The notes beneath the pieces were generated by a model. It saw only the letters and a program-made list of their open reading frames with translations, made no database searches and was not told where the DNA came from. Shown here piece after piece: positions 1 through 15,000 of a stretch of 64,000 bases of DNA. The stretch spans positions 88,226,001 through 88,290,000 of the forward strand of contig JANJGN010000016.1 in assembly GCA_026770705.1 (NCBI GenBank). Reading direction: 5' to 3'. Position numbers and translations under genes: made by a program. This stretch comes from Isurus oxyrinchus. Taxonomy: Eukaryota. How positions within the stretch are numbered: the stretch's first letter is position 1; each line of letters begins with the position of its first letter.

Positions 1-3000
1 CCGTGGGGCATTCCAGGTGTAGCATGATGGGTGATGCCGGAGGAAGGGGGCTGTGTGATGCCGGGTGTGGGGTTGGTTGATGCCGGAGATGAGCGGGTGG
101 ATGTTGGCGGGTGTGGGGTGGGGTGGATGATTCCAGGGGAGTAATGCCGGGTCAGGGTGATGGCAGGGTTGGTGGTGTCGGTGTTGCTGGTGGTGAAGGG
201 GTGGGTGATGCTCGTTGTGCGGGTGGTGAGTGATGCTGGGAGTGGGTGTTGGCAGGGTTGGAGGGGCGGTTGATGATGGGTTTGGGTGGGGGGGGGTGGA
301 TGACACGGGGAGTGGGAGGGTGTGTGTTGCTGGGGAGGTGGGGGTGTTGGGTGAAGCCAGGGGTTGGGGGGTGTGTGATGCCGGGGGTGGCTGATGCCGG
401 TGACTGGAGGGTTTGTTGATGCCGGGGGTTGGTGATGCCGGGGGTGGGGCGATGAGTAATGGTGAGGGTGGAGGGGTGGGTGATGCTGGCGGTGGGGGAC
501 GTGGGTGATGCCGAGGGTGGGAGGGGAGGTAATGGCAGGGGTGAGGGTTGTAGGGTGGGTGATTCCGGGAGTGAGAGAGTGGGTGATGCCGCGCTGGAGG
601 TTTGAGTGATGCCGGGGTTGAGGGTGTGGGTGATGCCGGGGGTGGGGTTGTGGGTGGTGCTAGGGGTGGGGATGTGGTGATGCCGGGGGTGGGGGTGGGT
701 TTTGTGGGTGATGCCAGGGGTGAGGGGGTGGGTGATGCCGGGGTTGGTGGTGTGGGTGATGCCGGGGATGGGGGCAGATGGTGATGCCTGGGATGGTGGT
801 GTGGGTGATGCCGGGGGTGGGGGGTTTGGTGATGCCGGGGTTGGGGGTGGTGTTTTTGGGTGATGCCGGAGGTGGTGGGGTGGCTGTGTGATGCCGGGGT
901 TGGGGGCTGGTTGGGTGATGCCGGGGTTGGTGGTGTGGGTGATGCCGGGGGTGGGGGTGTTGTTGATGCCGAGGTTGAGGGTGGGGGGTTGTGGGTGATT
1001 CCGAGGGTGTTGGGGTGGGTGATGCCGGGCGTGGGGGGTTGGGTGATTCCAATGTTGGGGTTGTGGGTGTTGCTGGGGGTGAGTGGGTATGTGATGCCGG
1101 GGGTAGGGGGGTTGTGTGAGGCCGGGGGTGTGTGATGCCATGGTTGAGTGGTGGGTGATGCGGGGGGTGGGGGAGTGAGTGATGCCGCTGGTGTGTTTGG
1201 TGAAGACAGGGGTGAGGAGATGTGTGATATTTGGGGTGGAGGTGGTGGGTGTTGCCTGTGGTGGGGGGGTGGGTGATGCTGGGCGTGGCTGATGCCGGGG
1301 GTTGGGGGTGTTGCTGATGCCAGAGTTTGTAGGGAGAGTGATGCCGGGGGTGGGGGGAGTGGTGATGCTGGGTATGGGGGGAGTGGGTAATGCCGGGTGG
1401 TGAGGGGGTGGGTGATGCCGGGTGTTGGGGGGTTAGTGATTCAGGGGGTGGGGCGACGATTCATGGCATGGATGGGGGAGTGGGTGATTCCGTTGGTGGT
1501 GGGGGCAGGTGATGCCGGAGTTGGGGGGGGGGTGGTGGTATCATGGGTGAGATGGTGGATGATGCCGTGGGTGGGGGGGGTTGATGCCTGGGGTTGGAGT
1601 GGGGCGTTGATGCCGAGGATGATTGGGTGGGTGATGCCTGGTATGGGGGTTTGGGTAATGTCGGGGGTGGGTGATGGCAGGATTGGGGGGGCTGGGTGAT
1701 GCTGGGGGTGGGGGTGGGGTGGATGACGCCGGAAGTGAGGGGTGGGTGGTGACAGTGGTTGGGATGTTGGGTGAAGCCAGGGGTGAGGGCTTGTGTGATG
1801 CCGGGGGGTGGTGGTAGTTGGTGTTGCCAGGGGTGGGGGTGTGGACGATGCTGGGTTTGAGTGATGCCGGGGATTGGGGGGGTTGGTGATGCCGGGGGTG
1901 GGGCGATGAGTCATGCCTGTTCGTGGGGAGTTGGTGATGCCTGCGGTGGGAGGGTTGGATGATGCCAGCGGTTGGGGGGGGGGGGGGTCGTGGTGTCGGG
2001 GGTGAGAGTTTGGGTGATGCCGGGGGTGAGGTATTCGGTGATGCCATGGGTGGTAGGGTGCGTGATTCTGGGAGTGAGAGGGTGGATGATGCCGGGCTGA
2101 AGGTTTGAGTGATGCCGGGGTTGAAGGTGTGGGTGATGCCGGGGTTGGGGTTGTGGGTGGTGCTGGGGGTGTGGATGTTGTGATGCCTGGGTTGGGGATG
2201 GGTGTTGTGGGTGATGCCGGGGTTGGAGGGGTGGGTGATGCCAGGGTTGGGGGTGGGGTTTGTGGGTGATGCCGGGCATGGGGAGTGGGTGATGCTAATT
2301 TTGGGGGTGTAGTTCTTGCTGGGAGTGAGGGGGTGTGTGATGCCAGTGTTGGGGGTAGTTGGTGTTGCCTGGGGTGGAGGTGTGAGTGATGCCGGGGGGT
2401 GAATGGTGCCAGGGATTGTTGGGGTTGGTGATGCCGGGGGTGGGGCGATGGGTCATGCCGGGGGTTGGGGGAGTAGGTGATGTCAGCAGTGGGGGGCGGT
2501 GATGCTGGGGGTAAAGGGTTGTCTGGTACCGGGGGTGAGGGTGTGGGTGATGCCGGGGGTTGGAATGGGGAGGTGATGTCGGAGTTGAGGTTGTGGGTGA
2601 TGCCAGGGGTATGGGGGGGGAGGGTATTGTCGGGGGTGAGGGGTTGGGTGCTACCGGGGGTGAAGTGGTGGGTGATGCCGGGAGTGGTGGTGTGTGTGAT
2701 GCCGGGGTGAGGGTGTGGGTGATGCCGGGGGTGGGGGCGTGGGTGATGCTGGGGGAGGATGTGTGGGTGATGCTGGGTTTGGGTGGGTGGGTGATGCCGG
2801 GCTGCGGGTGGGGGTTGTGGGTGATGCCGGGGGTGTTGGGGTGGGTGATGCCTGGAGTTGGGGGGTGGGTGATGCCAATATTGGGGGTGTAGTTGTTGCT
2901 GGGAGTGAGGGGTGGATGTTGCCGGGGTTCGGGGTGATAGGTGATGTCGGGGGTAGGGGTGCTGGGTGATGCCAGGGGTCGGCGATGCCATGGTTGGGGG

Positions 3001-6000
3001 TTGGGTGATGCTGGGGATGGGGGGGTGGGTGATGCTGGGAGTGGGGGAGTTGGTGATGCCGGTGGGGGTGGTGTGTTTGGTGATGCCAGGCATGAGAAGG
3101 TGTGTGATGTTGGGCATGGGTGTGGTGGGTGTTGCCTGGGGTGAGGGGGTGGGTGGTGCCATGTTTGGATGGGTGGTTGATGTCAGGGATTGGGGGGGCG
3201 GTTGGGTGATGCCAAGGTTGAGGGGTTGGGTGATGCCGGCGGTAGGGGGTGGGTAATGCCAGGGCAGGGTGATGGCAGGGTTGGTGGTGTCGGTGTTGCT
3301 GTCTGTGAGGGGGTGGGTGATGCTGGGTGTGGGGATGGTGGGTGATGCCGGGGGTGGGTGTTGGCAGGGTTGGAAGGGTGGGTGATGATGGGTGTGGGTG
3401 GGGGTAGGGTGGATGACGCCGGGAGTAGGGGGGCGTGTGATGCCGGGGATGTGGGGTGTTGTGTGAAGCCAGGGATTGGGGGTATGTGTGATGCCGGGGG
3501 TGGGTGATGCCGGTGCCTGGAGGGTTTGGTGATGCTGGAAGATGGTGATGCAAGGGGTGGGGCGATGGGTAATGGCGAGGGTGGAGGGGTGGTTGATGCC
3601 GGCGGTGGTGTGTGTGGGTGATGCCGGGGGTGGGGGGGTGGTGATGTCGGGGGTGAGAGGGTGGGTGATGCCGAGGGTGGGCTGATGCCGGGGGTGAGGG
3701 TGTGGTTGATGCCGGGGTTGTTGGTGTGGGTGATACCGGGAGGTGGGGGGGTTGGTGATGCCGGAGTTGGTGGTGTGGGTGATGCCGGGGTTGGGGGGTG
3801 GTTGTGTGATACCGGGGTTGGTGGTGTGGGTGATGCCGGGGGTGGGGTGTTTTGGTGATGCCGGGGTTGGGGGTAGGGCTTGTGAATGATGCCGGGGGTG
3901 GTGGGGTGGGTGATGCCAGGAGTGGGGCGTTGGGTGATTCCAATGTTGGGGCTGTGGGTGTGGCTGGGGTGAGGTGGTGTGTGATGCTGGGGGTGGGGGT
4001 GATAGTTGATGCCAGGAGTAGGGGGTTTGTGTGTTGCCAGGGGTGGGTGATGCCACGGTTGAGGGTTGGATGATGCTGGGGATGGGGGTGTGGTGGGTGA
4101 TGCGGGAGTGGGGGAGTGAGTGATGCCGGGGGTGGAGGGTGTGGGTGATGCCGGGGGTGGGGGGTGGTGATGTCGGGGGTGAGAGGGTGGGTGATGCCGA
4201 GGGTGGGCTGATGCCGGGGGTGAGGGTGTGGTTGATGCCGGGGCTGTTGGTGTGTGTGATGCCGGGAGGTGGGGGGGTTGGTGATGCCGGAGAAGGTGGT
4301 GTGGGTGATGCCGGGGTTGGGGGGTGGTTGTGTGATACCGGGGTTGGTGGTGTGGGTGATGCCGGGGGGTGGGGTGTTTTGGTGATGCCGGGGTTGGGGG
4401 TAGGGCTTGTGAGTGATGCCGGGGGTGTTGGGGTGGGTGATGCCAGGAGTGGGGCGTTGGATGATTCCAATGTTGGGGCTGTGGGTGTGGCTGGGGTGAG
4501 GTGGTGTGTGATGCCGGGGGTGGGGGTGATAGTTGATGCCAGGGGTAGGGGGTTTGTGTGTTGCCAGGGGTGGGTGATGCCACGGTTGAGGGTTGGATGA
4601 TGCTGGGGATGGGGGTGTGGTGGGTGATGCGGGAGTGGGGGAGTGAGTGATGCCGGGGGTGGAGGTTGGGGTGTGGGTGATGCCGGGGTTGGGGGTTGGG
4701 GTGTGGGCGATGCCAGGAATTGGGGGAGTGAATCATGCCGGGTGTTGTGGGGTGGTTGATGCCAGGGATGGGGGGTGGGAGGGGTGGGTGATGCCAGGGT
4801 GGGGGGTGGGGGGGTGGGCGATGCCGGGGGTGGGTGATGCCATGGGTTGGTGGGTTTGTGATGCCGGGGATGCGGGGTGGGTTGATGCCGGGGGTAGCGT
4901 GATGGCTGATGCTATGGTTGAGCGGGTGGGTGAAGCCGGGGTTGGAGGGGGTGAGTGATGCCAGGGTTGGGGGAGTGTTTAATGCCGGGGTTGGAGGGGG
5001 TTGTTGATGCCGGGTGTGTGGAGGTGGGTGATGCCGGTGCTGGGGGAGTGGGTGATGGCAGGGGTCGGGGGGCTGGATGATGCCGGGGCTGAGGGGCTGT
5101 GTGATACCGGGGGTGGGGTGGTGGGCGTTGCTGGGGGTGGGAGAGGTGGGTGATGCCATGGGCTGGCCGGTGGTTGATGCCAGGGATGCGGGGGTGTTTG
5201 ATGCCGGGGGGTAGCGTGATGGGTGATGTCGGAGTTGAGTGCCTGAGTGATGAGAGGGTTGGAGGAGTGTTTAATGCCGGGGGTGGAGGGAGTTGGTGAT
5301 GCCGGGGTGGGATGGTGGGTGATGTCGGGGGGGCGGGTGTGGGTGAATCCAGGGGGTGGAGGAATAGGTGATGTCGAGGGTGGGGGTTGGTTGATACCGA
5401 GGTTGGGGATGAGGGACACATGGGTGGGGAGTTGGGTGATGGTGGGTTGGGGGAGTGGGTAATGCCGGAGGTGGGGGGCTGGGTGATGACAGGGGTGGGG
5501 GAGTGGGTGATGCCGGGTGTGAGGGGGTGGTGATGCCGGGGTAGGGGGTGTGGGTGATGCCGGGAGTGGGTGTGGGGGTTCTGAGTGAAGCCGGGGGTGG
5601 TGGGGTGGATGATGCTGGGAGTCGGTGATGCCAGTGTTGGCAGTGTCGCTGTTGCTGGGGGTGGGGGTGGTGGGTGATGCCATGGGTAGGGGGGTGTGTA
5701 ATGTCGGGGGTGGGTGATACCAGGGTTGGGGGCTGGGTGATGCCGGGTGTGGGTGTGGGGGTTCTGGGTGATGCCGGGGGTGGTGGTGTAGGTGATGCCG
5801 GGAGTGGGTGATGCCAGTGTTGGCGGTGTGGGTTGAGGGGGGAGGTGATACCGGGGGTGGGGGTGCTGGGTGATGACAGAGTTGGGGGAGTCGGTGATGC
5901 CGGGATGATGGGCGTGGTTGATGCCTGGTGTTGGGGGTGGGTGATGCCAGGGGTGGGATGGTGGGTCATGCCAGGGGTGGGGGAATAGGTGATGCCGGGG

Positions 6001-9000
6001 TTGTGGGCATGAGTCACGCCTGGGGTAGGGAGTAGGCGATGCCGCGGGTCGGGGGGTTGTTGATGCCTGGGATGGGGGTCTGGGTGATGCCGTCGTTGGG
6101 GGTTGGCTGGTGCCGGGGGTCTGGTGGTGCGTGATACTGCCCGTGGGGGTTCGCTGATGCCGGGGGTGACATGATGGGTGATACCGGGGTTGAGGGGATG
6201 GGTGATGCTGGGGGTGGGGGAAAAGGTGATTCTGGGGGTTGGGTGGGGTGATCCTGGGGGTGAGGGGATGTGTGATGCCGGGGTTGTGGGCGTGGATGAC
6301 GCCTGGGGTAGAGGGTGGGTAATGATGAGCGGAAGGGTGCTGGTTGATGCCTGGGATGGGGGCCTAGGTGATGCCGGGGGTGGGGGAGTGGATAATGCCA
6401 GAGGTGGAAGTGTGTGTGATGCAGGTTTTGGGGGATGGCTGATGCCGGGGGTGGGAGTGAGGCATCCATGGGTGGGGGGTTGGATGATGCTGGGGTTGAG
6501 GGCGTTGGTAATGCTGGAGGTGGGGGGCCTGGGTGATGCCGGGGGTGGTGGGGTGGGTGATGCTGGGAGTTGGTGATGCCAGTGTTGGCGGTGTGGCTGT
6601 TGCTGGGGGTGGGGGGGGTGGTGATGCCATGGGTAGGGGGTTGTGTAATGCCGGGGGTGGGTGATACCAGGGTTGGGGGCTGGGTGATGCCGGGTGTTGG
6701 GGGATGGTTGATGCCATGGATGGGGAGGTGGTGGATGGTGGCGGGGGTGGGGGAGTGGGTGGTGGGGATGCAGTAGGGGGTGATGCCAGGTGTAGTGTTT
6801 TGGGTGATGCCGGGGTTGGGGGTAGTGTGTGATGCCGGGGGTGGGTGATCCCAGGGTTGGGGGCTGCGTGATGCCGGGTGTGGGGGTTGGTTGATGCCGG
6901 GGATGGGGGAATGGATGGTGGCAGGCGTGGGGTGGGGTGGATAAAGCCGCGGTGCGAGGGGATGTGTGATGCCAGGGGTAGGGAGTGGGTCATGCCGGGG
7001 GGTGGGTGTTGCTGGCGGTGAGGAGTTGGGCTGGGGTTGGGGGTGGTCGGTGATGCCGGGATTGGGGGGGGTGGGTGATGCTGGGGGTGGGTGGGGATTG
7101 GATGATGCCGGGGGTTAGGTGGTGGGTGACGCTGCGGCTGGGCATTGGCTGAATGCCAGGGGTGTTGGTGAGGGACCCATGGGTGGGGGGTGGTGGTGTG
7201 GGTGATGCCGGGAGTGGGTGGTGCCAGCGTTGGGGGTGTGGGTGTTGCCGGTGTTGGGGGAATAGGTGGTGTCGGGTGTGGGGCAGGGGGTGGGTGATTC
7301 CGGGGTGATGGGCATGGGTGATGTTTGGGGTAGGGGGTGGGTGATGCCAGGGGTGGGATGGTGAGTCATGCCGGGGGTGGAGGAATAGGTGATGCCGGGG
7401 TTGTGGACGTATGTGACGCCTGGGGAAGGGGGTGGGCGATGCCGCGGGTCGGGGGTGGTTGGTGCCTGGGATAGGGGGCTAGGTGATGCCGTTGGTGGGG
7501 TTTGGCTGACGCCGAGTGTCGGGTGGCGAGTGATACTGCGCGTGGTGGTTGGCTGATGCCGGGGGTAACGTGATGGGTGATGCCGGGGTTGAGGCGTTGG
7601 GTGATGCCAGGGGTGGGGGAATAGGTGATATCAGTTGTGGGGGTGGTTTGTGGTGCCGGTGGTGAGGGGGCGGGTGATGCCGAGGTGATGGGCGTGGCTG
7701 ATGCCTGAGGTAGGGGTGTGGCTGATGCCGGGGTTGGGATGGTGGGTGATGCCGGGAGTGGGGAAATAGGTGATGCCGGGGGTGGGGAAATAGGTGATGC
7801 CGGTGGAGGGGGTTGGCTGATGCTGGGGGTGGGGGTGAGGTACCCATGGGTGGGGGAGTTGGGTGATTCCGGAGGTGGGGGGCTGGGTGATGCCGGGGTT
7901 AGGGGAGTGTGTGATGCCGGGCATGAGGGGGTGGTGGTGCCGGGGTCGGGGGTGTGGGTGATGCCGGGTGTGAGGGGGTTGTGTTGCCGGGATAGGAGGT
8001 GTGGGTTATGCCAGGAGTGGGTGTGGGAGTTCTGGGTGATGCCGGGGGTGGTGGGGTAGGAGATGCTGGGAGTGGGTGATGCCAGTGTTGGCAGTGTGGC
8101 TGTTGCTGCGGGTGGGGGGTGGTGGGTGATGCCATGGGTAGGGGGGGTGTGTAATGCCGGGGGTGGGTGATACCAGGGTTGGGGGCTGGGTGATGCCGTG
8201 TTTGTGGGGGTGGTTGATGCCGGGGATGGGGGGGGTGGTGGATGGTGGTGGGGGTGGGGTAGGGTGGATAATGCCAGGGTGGGAGGGGGTGTGTGATGCC
8301 GGTGGTAGGGTTTGGGTCATGCCATGGGTGGGTGATGGCAGGGTTGGGGGGGCAGGTGATGCTTGGTGTGGGTGGGGTTTGGCTGATGCTGAGTGTTGGG
8401 TGGTGGGTGATGCTGTGGATGGGTTTTGGCTGAATGCCGAGGGTTGGGGAGTGAGGGACCCATGGGTAGGGGGTTGGGTGACGCTGAGGGTGAGGCAGTG
8501 TGTAATGCCAGAGGTTGGGGGTTGGAAGATGCTGGGGGCGAGGGGGGTGGTTGATGCCGGGCGTGTGGGGGTGGTGATGCCGGGGTAGGGGTTGTGGGTG
8601 ATGCTGGGAGTTACGGTGGGGGATGTGGGTGATGCCGGCAGTGGTGGTGTGGGTGATATCGGTTTTGTGGGAGGGGGCTGTGTGATTCCAAGGGTGAGGG
8701 GGTGGGTGATGGGCGTCGGTGATGCCAGGGGTGGGATGGTGGGTCATGCCAGAGGGTGGGGGAATAGGTGATGCCGGGGTTGTGGGCATGGGGTACGGGG
8801 GTGGGCGATACCATGGGTCGGGGGGTGGTTGATGCCTGGGATGGGGGCCTGGGTGATGCCAGGGGTGGGGAGTGGGTAATGCCAAAGTTGGGGGTGTGGG
8901 TGATGCTGGTGCTGGGTGTTGGGTGATTCCATGGGTGGGGTTTGGCTGACTCTGGGTGTTGGGTGGTGGGTGATACTGCGCGTGGGAGCTGGCTGATGCC

Positions 9001-12000
9001 GGGGGGTGGTGGATGAGGGACCCATGGGTGGGGAGTTGGGTGATGCTGGGTGTGAGGGGGTGGGTAATGCCGGGCATGAGGGGGTGGTGATGCCGGGGTA
9101 GGGGGTGTGGGTGATGACAGGAGTGGGGTTGGGGGTTGTGGGTAATGCCGGGGATGGTGGGAGTGGGTGATGCCGGGAGTGGTTGATGCCAGTGATGGCG
9201 GTGTGGGTGTTGCTGGGGGTGAGGGGCAGGTGATACCGGGGGTGGGGGTGGTGAGTTATGCCGGTGGTGGTGAGGTGGGTGATGCCCGGAGTGGGGGGTG
9301 TGGGTGTTGCCGGGTGTGGGGGAGTGGTTGATGCCGGGGATGGGATGTGGGTGATGCTGGGTGTGTGGGGGGGTTGGATGATGCCGGGGGTAGGGGGGTG
9401 GGTGATGCCGGGTGTGGGGGCATAGGTGAGGCCGGGGGTGGGGGGGTGTGTGATGTCGGGGGTGAGGGATTATGTTATGCTGGGGGTGGGGATGGTGGGT
9501 GATGCCGGGGGTAGGGGGGTGGGTGATGCCGGGGGTGGGGTCGTGGCTGATGCCGAAGTGGGGTGTTGGTGATGCCAGGGGTGGTGGGTGAGGAACCCGT
9601 GGATGGGGGTTGGTGTGTAATGCCGGGCGTGATGGCATGGTTAATGCTGGGGATGGGGTGCTGGGTGATGCCAGGATTGTGTGTGTGAGTGTTGCTGGGG
9701 TGAGAGGGTGGCTGATGCTGAGGGTGGGGGTGGGGGGTGGTGTGTGATGTCGGGTGTAGGGAGGTGATTGATGCCGGGAGTGGGTGCTGCCAGGGTTGGT
9801 GGGGTGGGTGATGCTGGGAGTGGAGTTGGGGGGGTGGTTGGTGATGCCGGAGGTAAGGGGAGTGGTGTGGCGGCTATGGGTGTGTGGGTAATGCCGGTGG
9901 TGAGGGGTTGGGTGATGCTGGGGTTTTGGGGGTGGGTGATGCCGTGGGTGGGTGGGTGGGTGATGCCCGGAGTGAGTGTTTGTGTGATGCCAGGGTGGGG
10001 GTTTGAGTGATGCTGGGGTTGAGGGGGTGGGTGATGACGAGGGTAGGGGTGTGGTTGGGTGATGCCGGGGGTAGGGGGGGTTGGTTGATGCTGGGTGTGG
10101 GCGAGTGGGCGGTGCTCGGGTTGGATGGGGTTGGGGTTGGGGTGTTGTGTGATGCCAGGGGTGAGGGGGGGTGGGCGATGCCGGGGGTGGTGGGGTCCAA
10201 TGATGCCAGGGGTGGGGAGTTGGGTGATGCCTGGGGTAGGGTGGTGAGTGAGGCCGGTAGTGGGGGGGTGGTTGATGCCAGGGATGGGGGGCAGGGTGAT
10301 GCCAGTGGTGGGGGTGTGGGTGATGCCGGGGTGGGTGTTTGAGTGATGCCGGGGCTGATGCTGGGGGTGGGGGTGAGGGAACCATGGGTGAGGATTGGGT
10401 GATGCCAGGGGTGGGGGAGTGGGTGATACCAGGCGTGAGGGGGTGGGTGATGCCAGAGTAGGGGGTGTGGGTGATGCCGGGTGTGGGGGGATGGTTGATG
10501 CCAGGGATGGGGGCTGGATGATGCCAGGTGTGGGGGAGTGTGTGATGCTGGTTGTGGTGCTGTGAGTGATTCCGGGAGTTGGGGGTGAGGTTGGTGATGC
10601 CAGAGGTGGGGGTTCGGTGATGACGGGGGTGGGGGTTGGGTGATGCCATGGGTGGGGGCTTGGATAATGCCGTGGGTGGGGTGCTAGTTGATGCCGTGGG
10701 TGGCTGGGTGGGTGATGCCGGGAGTTAGTGTTTGTGTGATGTCGGGGTGGGTGTTTGAGTGATGCCGGGGTTGAGGGGGTGGATGGTGCCGTGGGTAGGG
10801 GTGTGGTTGGGTGATGCCGGGGATAAGGGGTGTTGGTTGATGCCGAGGATGGGGGGCTGGGTGATGCCGGGGGTGGTGGAGTGGGTAATGCCAGTGGTGG
10901 GGGTGTGGGTGATGCCGGTGGTTGGGGTTGGGTGATGCCATGGGTGGGGGCTTGGATAATGCCGTGGGTGGGGTGCTAGGTGATGGCATGGGTGGGTGGG
11001 TGGGTGATGCCGGGAGTGAGTATTTGTGTGATGCCGGGGTGGGTGTTTGAGTGATGCCGGGGTTGAGGGGGTGGGTGGTGCCGTGGGTATGGGTGTGGTT
11101 GAGTGATGCCGGGGGTAAGGGGCGTTGGTTGATGCCGAGGGTGGGGGAGAGGGTAATGCCAGTGGTGGGGGTGTGGGTGATGCCGGTGGTTGGGGTTGGG
11201 TGATGCCATGGAAGGGGGCCTGGATAATGCCGTGGGTGGGGTGCTAGGTGATGCCAGGGGTGGGTGGCGTGGGTGATGCTGGGGATGGGTGATGCCAGTG
11301 TTGGGGGGATGTGTGTTGCTGGCGGTGAGGGGGTGGGTGATGCTGAAGGTGGGGGTGGTGGGTGATGCTCGGGATGGGTGATGCCAGTGCTGGGGGGTGG
11401 GTGTTGCTGGCGGTGAGGGGGTGGGTGATGCTGAGGGTGCGTGATGCCAGGGTTGTGGGGTGTTGGGTGAAGCCAGGAGAGAGGGGATATGTGATGCCGG
11501 TGTTGGTGGTGGTGGGTGTTGCCAGAGGTGGGTGGGTGGGTGTTGCCGGGGGTGAATGATGCCGGAGGTTGGGGGGGTTGGTGATGCCGGGGATGGGGCG
11601 ATGGGTCAAGCCGGGTGTGGGTGATGTCGGCGGTGGGGGGGCGTGGGTGATGCCGGGGGGAGATGGTGGCTGATGCCGGGGGTGGGGGGGGGTGTTGAAG
11701 CCGGGGGTGAGGTGGTGTGTGATGCCGGGGGTGAGGTGGTGTGTGATGCCAGGTATGGGGTGTTGGGTAATGTCGGGGGTGCGGGGTTGGGTGATGCCGG
11801 GGGCGGTGGGGTGTGTGATGCCGGGAGTGAGGGTCCGGGTGATGTTGGGGTGGGGTTTGAGTGATGCCAGGGATGAGGGGGTGAGTGATGCCGTGGGTTG
11901 GGGGGTGGGTGGGTGATGCCAGGTGTGGGGGCGTGGGTTATGCCGGGGTTGGAGGGGCGGGTGATGCCGGGGGTGAGGGTGTGGATAATGCTGGTGTTGG

Positions 12001-15000
12001 AGGGGCGGGTGATGCCGAGTGTGACTGGGTGTGTGATGCCGGGGGTGAGGGTGTGGGTGATGCTTGGGGTTTTGGGTGGGTGATGCCAGATGTGGGGGGG
12101 GTGAGTGATGCCAGGGATGGGGCAATAAGTTATGTCGGGGGTGGGGTGGGTGGGTGATGCCAGTGTTGCGGGTGTAGGTGTTGCTGGGGATGAGATGATG
12201 GGTGATGACGGGGGTGGGGGTGGGCGTTGTAGGTGATGCCGGTGGTGGTGGTGGTGTGGTTGATGCTGGGAGTCGGGGGGGGGGGGTAGGTGGGTGATTC
12301 CAGTGTTGGGGGGGTGGGTGTATCTGGCGGTGAGGAGGTGGATGATGCTGAGGGTGGGGGTGGTGGGTGATGCCAGGGGTGGGTGATGCCAGTGTTGGGG
12401 GGGTGGGTGTATCTGGCGGTGAGGGGGTGGGTGATGCTGAGGGTGGGTGTGGTGGGTGATGCCGGGATTGTGGGGAGTTGGGTGAAGCCAGGGGGGAGGG
12501 GATATGTGATGCCAGTGTTGGTGGTGGTGGGTGTTGCCGGAGGTGGGGGTGTGGGTGATGCCAGGGGTGAGAGGGTGGGTGATGCTGGGGCTGAGATGGT
12601 GGGTGAGGCTGGGGGTGGGTGGGTGATGCCAGTGTTGGGGGTGTGGGTGTTGCTGGGGGTGAGGATGTGGGTGATGCCAGGGGTGGGGTTGGTGGGTGAT
12701 GCCAGGGGTGGTTGATGCCAGGTTTGGGAGGGTGGCTGATGCTGGGTGTGGGGTGAGGGAACCGTGGGTGGGGGTTGGGTGATGCCATGGTTGAGGGAGT
12801 TTTTAATGCCGGAAGTGGGGGAGTGGGTGATGCCGGGGGTGAGTGTGTAGGTGATGCCGAGAGTGGGGGTGAGTGTTGTGGGTGATGCTGGGGTTGAGGG
12901 CTTGGCTGATTGTGGGGGTGGAGGGGGTGGGTGATGCCGGATGTGGGGGAATAGGTGAGGCCGGGGGTGGGGGGAGTGTGTGATGCCGGGTGTGAGGGGG
13001 TGTGTGATGCCAGGGGTGGGGCAATAGGTTCTGCCGGGGGTGGGGTGGGTGGCTGATGCCGGGTTTGTGGGCATGGGTGATGCCGGAGGTAGGGGGTGGG
13101 TGATGCCAGGGGTGGGGGTGTTGGTTATGCCGGGTGTGGTGGGTGAGGGATCCGTGGGTGGGGGGATGTGCGATGCCGGGGGTGATGGAGTGGGTAATGC
13201 TGGAGATGGGGTGTTGGGTGATGCCCGGGATCGGGGAATGGGTGTGAGGGGGTGGATGATGCCGGGGTAGGGGGTGTGGGTGATGCCGGGGTTGTGGCCA
13301 TGGTGATGCCTGGGGTAGGGGGGTGGGTGATGCCGGGGGCGGGGTAATAGGTGATGCCGGTGGTGGGGGGCTGGTTGATGCCGGGGGTGGGGGATGAGTG
13401 ATGCCGGGGTTGTGGGCGTAGGTGAAGTCTGCGGTAGGCTGGTGTTTGATGCGGAGGATGGTGGGCTGGTGATGCCGGGGGTGGGGGATCGGGTAATGGC
13501 AGAGTTGGGGGTGTGGGTGATGCCGGTGGTTGGGGTTGGGTGATGCCCTGGGTGGGGGCCTGGATAATGCCTTGGGTGGGGGGGGGGCGACGTGATGCCG
13601 GGTGTGGGGGAATGGGTGATTCCGGAGGTGGTGGGGTGGGTGATGTCGGGAGTGGGGTGTGTAGGTGATGCCAGTGTTGGGGGTGTGGGTCATGACAGGG
13701 TTGGGGTGGTGGGTGATGCCGTGGTGAGGGTGTGTGTGATGCCGGGGGTGAGGGGCTGTTTGATGCCGGGGCTGAGATGGTGAGTGATGCCGTGGCTGGG
13801 GCTGTGTGATGCCGTGGGTGAGGGGGTGGGTGATGCCGGGTATGGGGTGGTGGGTAATGTCGGGTGTGCGGGGTTGGGTGAGGCCAGGTGTGAGGCTTTG
13901 TGTGATGCCAGGGTGGGGGTTTGAGTGATGCCGGGGCTGAGGGTGTGGGTGATGCCGTGGGTGCGGGTGTGGATGGGTGATGCCGGTGGTGGGGGAGGGT
14001 GTGATTGATGCCAGGGATGTGGGGAAGGGTGATGCCGGGGGTGGAGGTGGTGGGTGATGCCGGGGGTGGGGGGGGGGGGCGTGATACCGGGGATGACGTG
14101 ATGCGTGATGCTGGGATTGAGGGCATGGGTGATGCCGGGGATGGGATGGTGGGTGATGCCGAGTGTGGGGGAATAGGTGATGCCTGGGGTAGGTTGTGGG
14201 TGATGCCGGCGATGAGGGTGTGAGTGATGCCGGTGTTGTGGGCATGGGTGATGCCTGGTGTAGGGGATTGGGTGATGATGGGTGTTGGGGGGTGTTTAGT
14301 GCCGGGGATGGAGGGCTGGATGAAGCCGGAGGTGGGGGTACAGGTAATGGTAGAGGTGGGGGTGTGGGTGATGCTGGTGGTTGGGGTTGGTGATGCCGGG
14401 GGTAGGGGCCTGGATAATGCCATGGGTGGGGGGCTAAGTGATGCCAGGTGTGGGGGGGGGGGGTGGTTGATGCCGGAGGTGGTGGGGTGGGTGATGCTGG
14501 GAGTGGGGTGTGTAGGTGATGCCAGTGTTGGGGGTGTGGGTGATGCTGGGGTCGGGGGCTGGTGGGTGATGCCGGGAGTGGGAGAGTGGATGATGCTGGT
14601 GGGGTGGGGTGTTTGGTGAAGCCAGTGGTGAGGTGGTGTGTGATGTTGGGGGTGGGGCTGGTGGGTGTTGCCTGGGGTGAGGGGGTGGTTGATGCCGGGG
14701 TGGGGCGATTGGTGATGCCTGGTTTGGGGGGGTGGGTAATGCTGGTGGTGAGGGGTTGAGTGATGATGGGGTTGGCTGATGCCGGGGCTGGTGGGGTGTG
14801 TGATGTCAGTAGTGAGGGGATGGGTGATGCCAGAGTAGGGGGTGTGGGTGATGCCGGGAGTGGGGGAACAGGTGAGGCTGGGGGTGGGGGGGTGTGTGTG
14901 GTGCCAGAGGTGTGGGGGTGGGTGATGCCGGGGTTGGGGGGTGTGGTGATGCCGAGTGTGGGGGAATAGGTGATGTTTGGGGCAGGTTGTGGGTGATGCC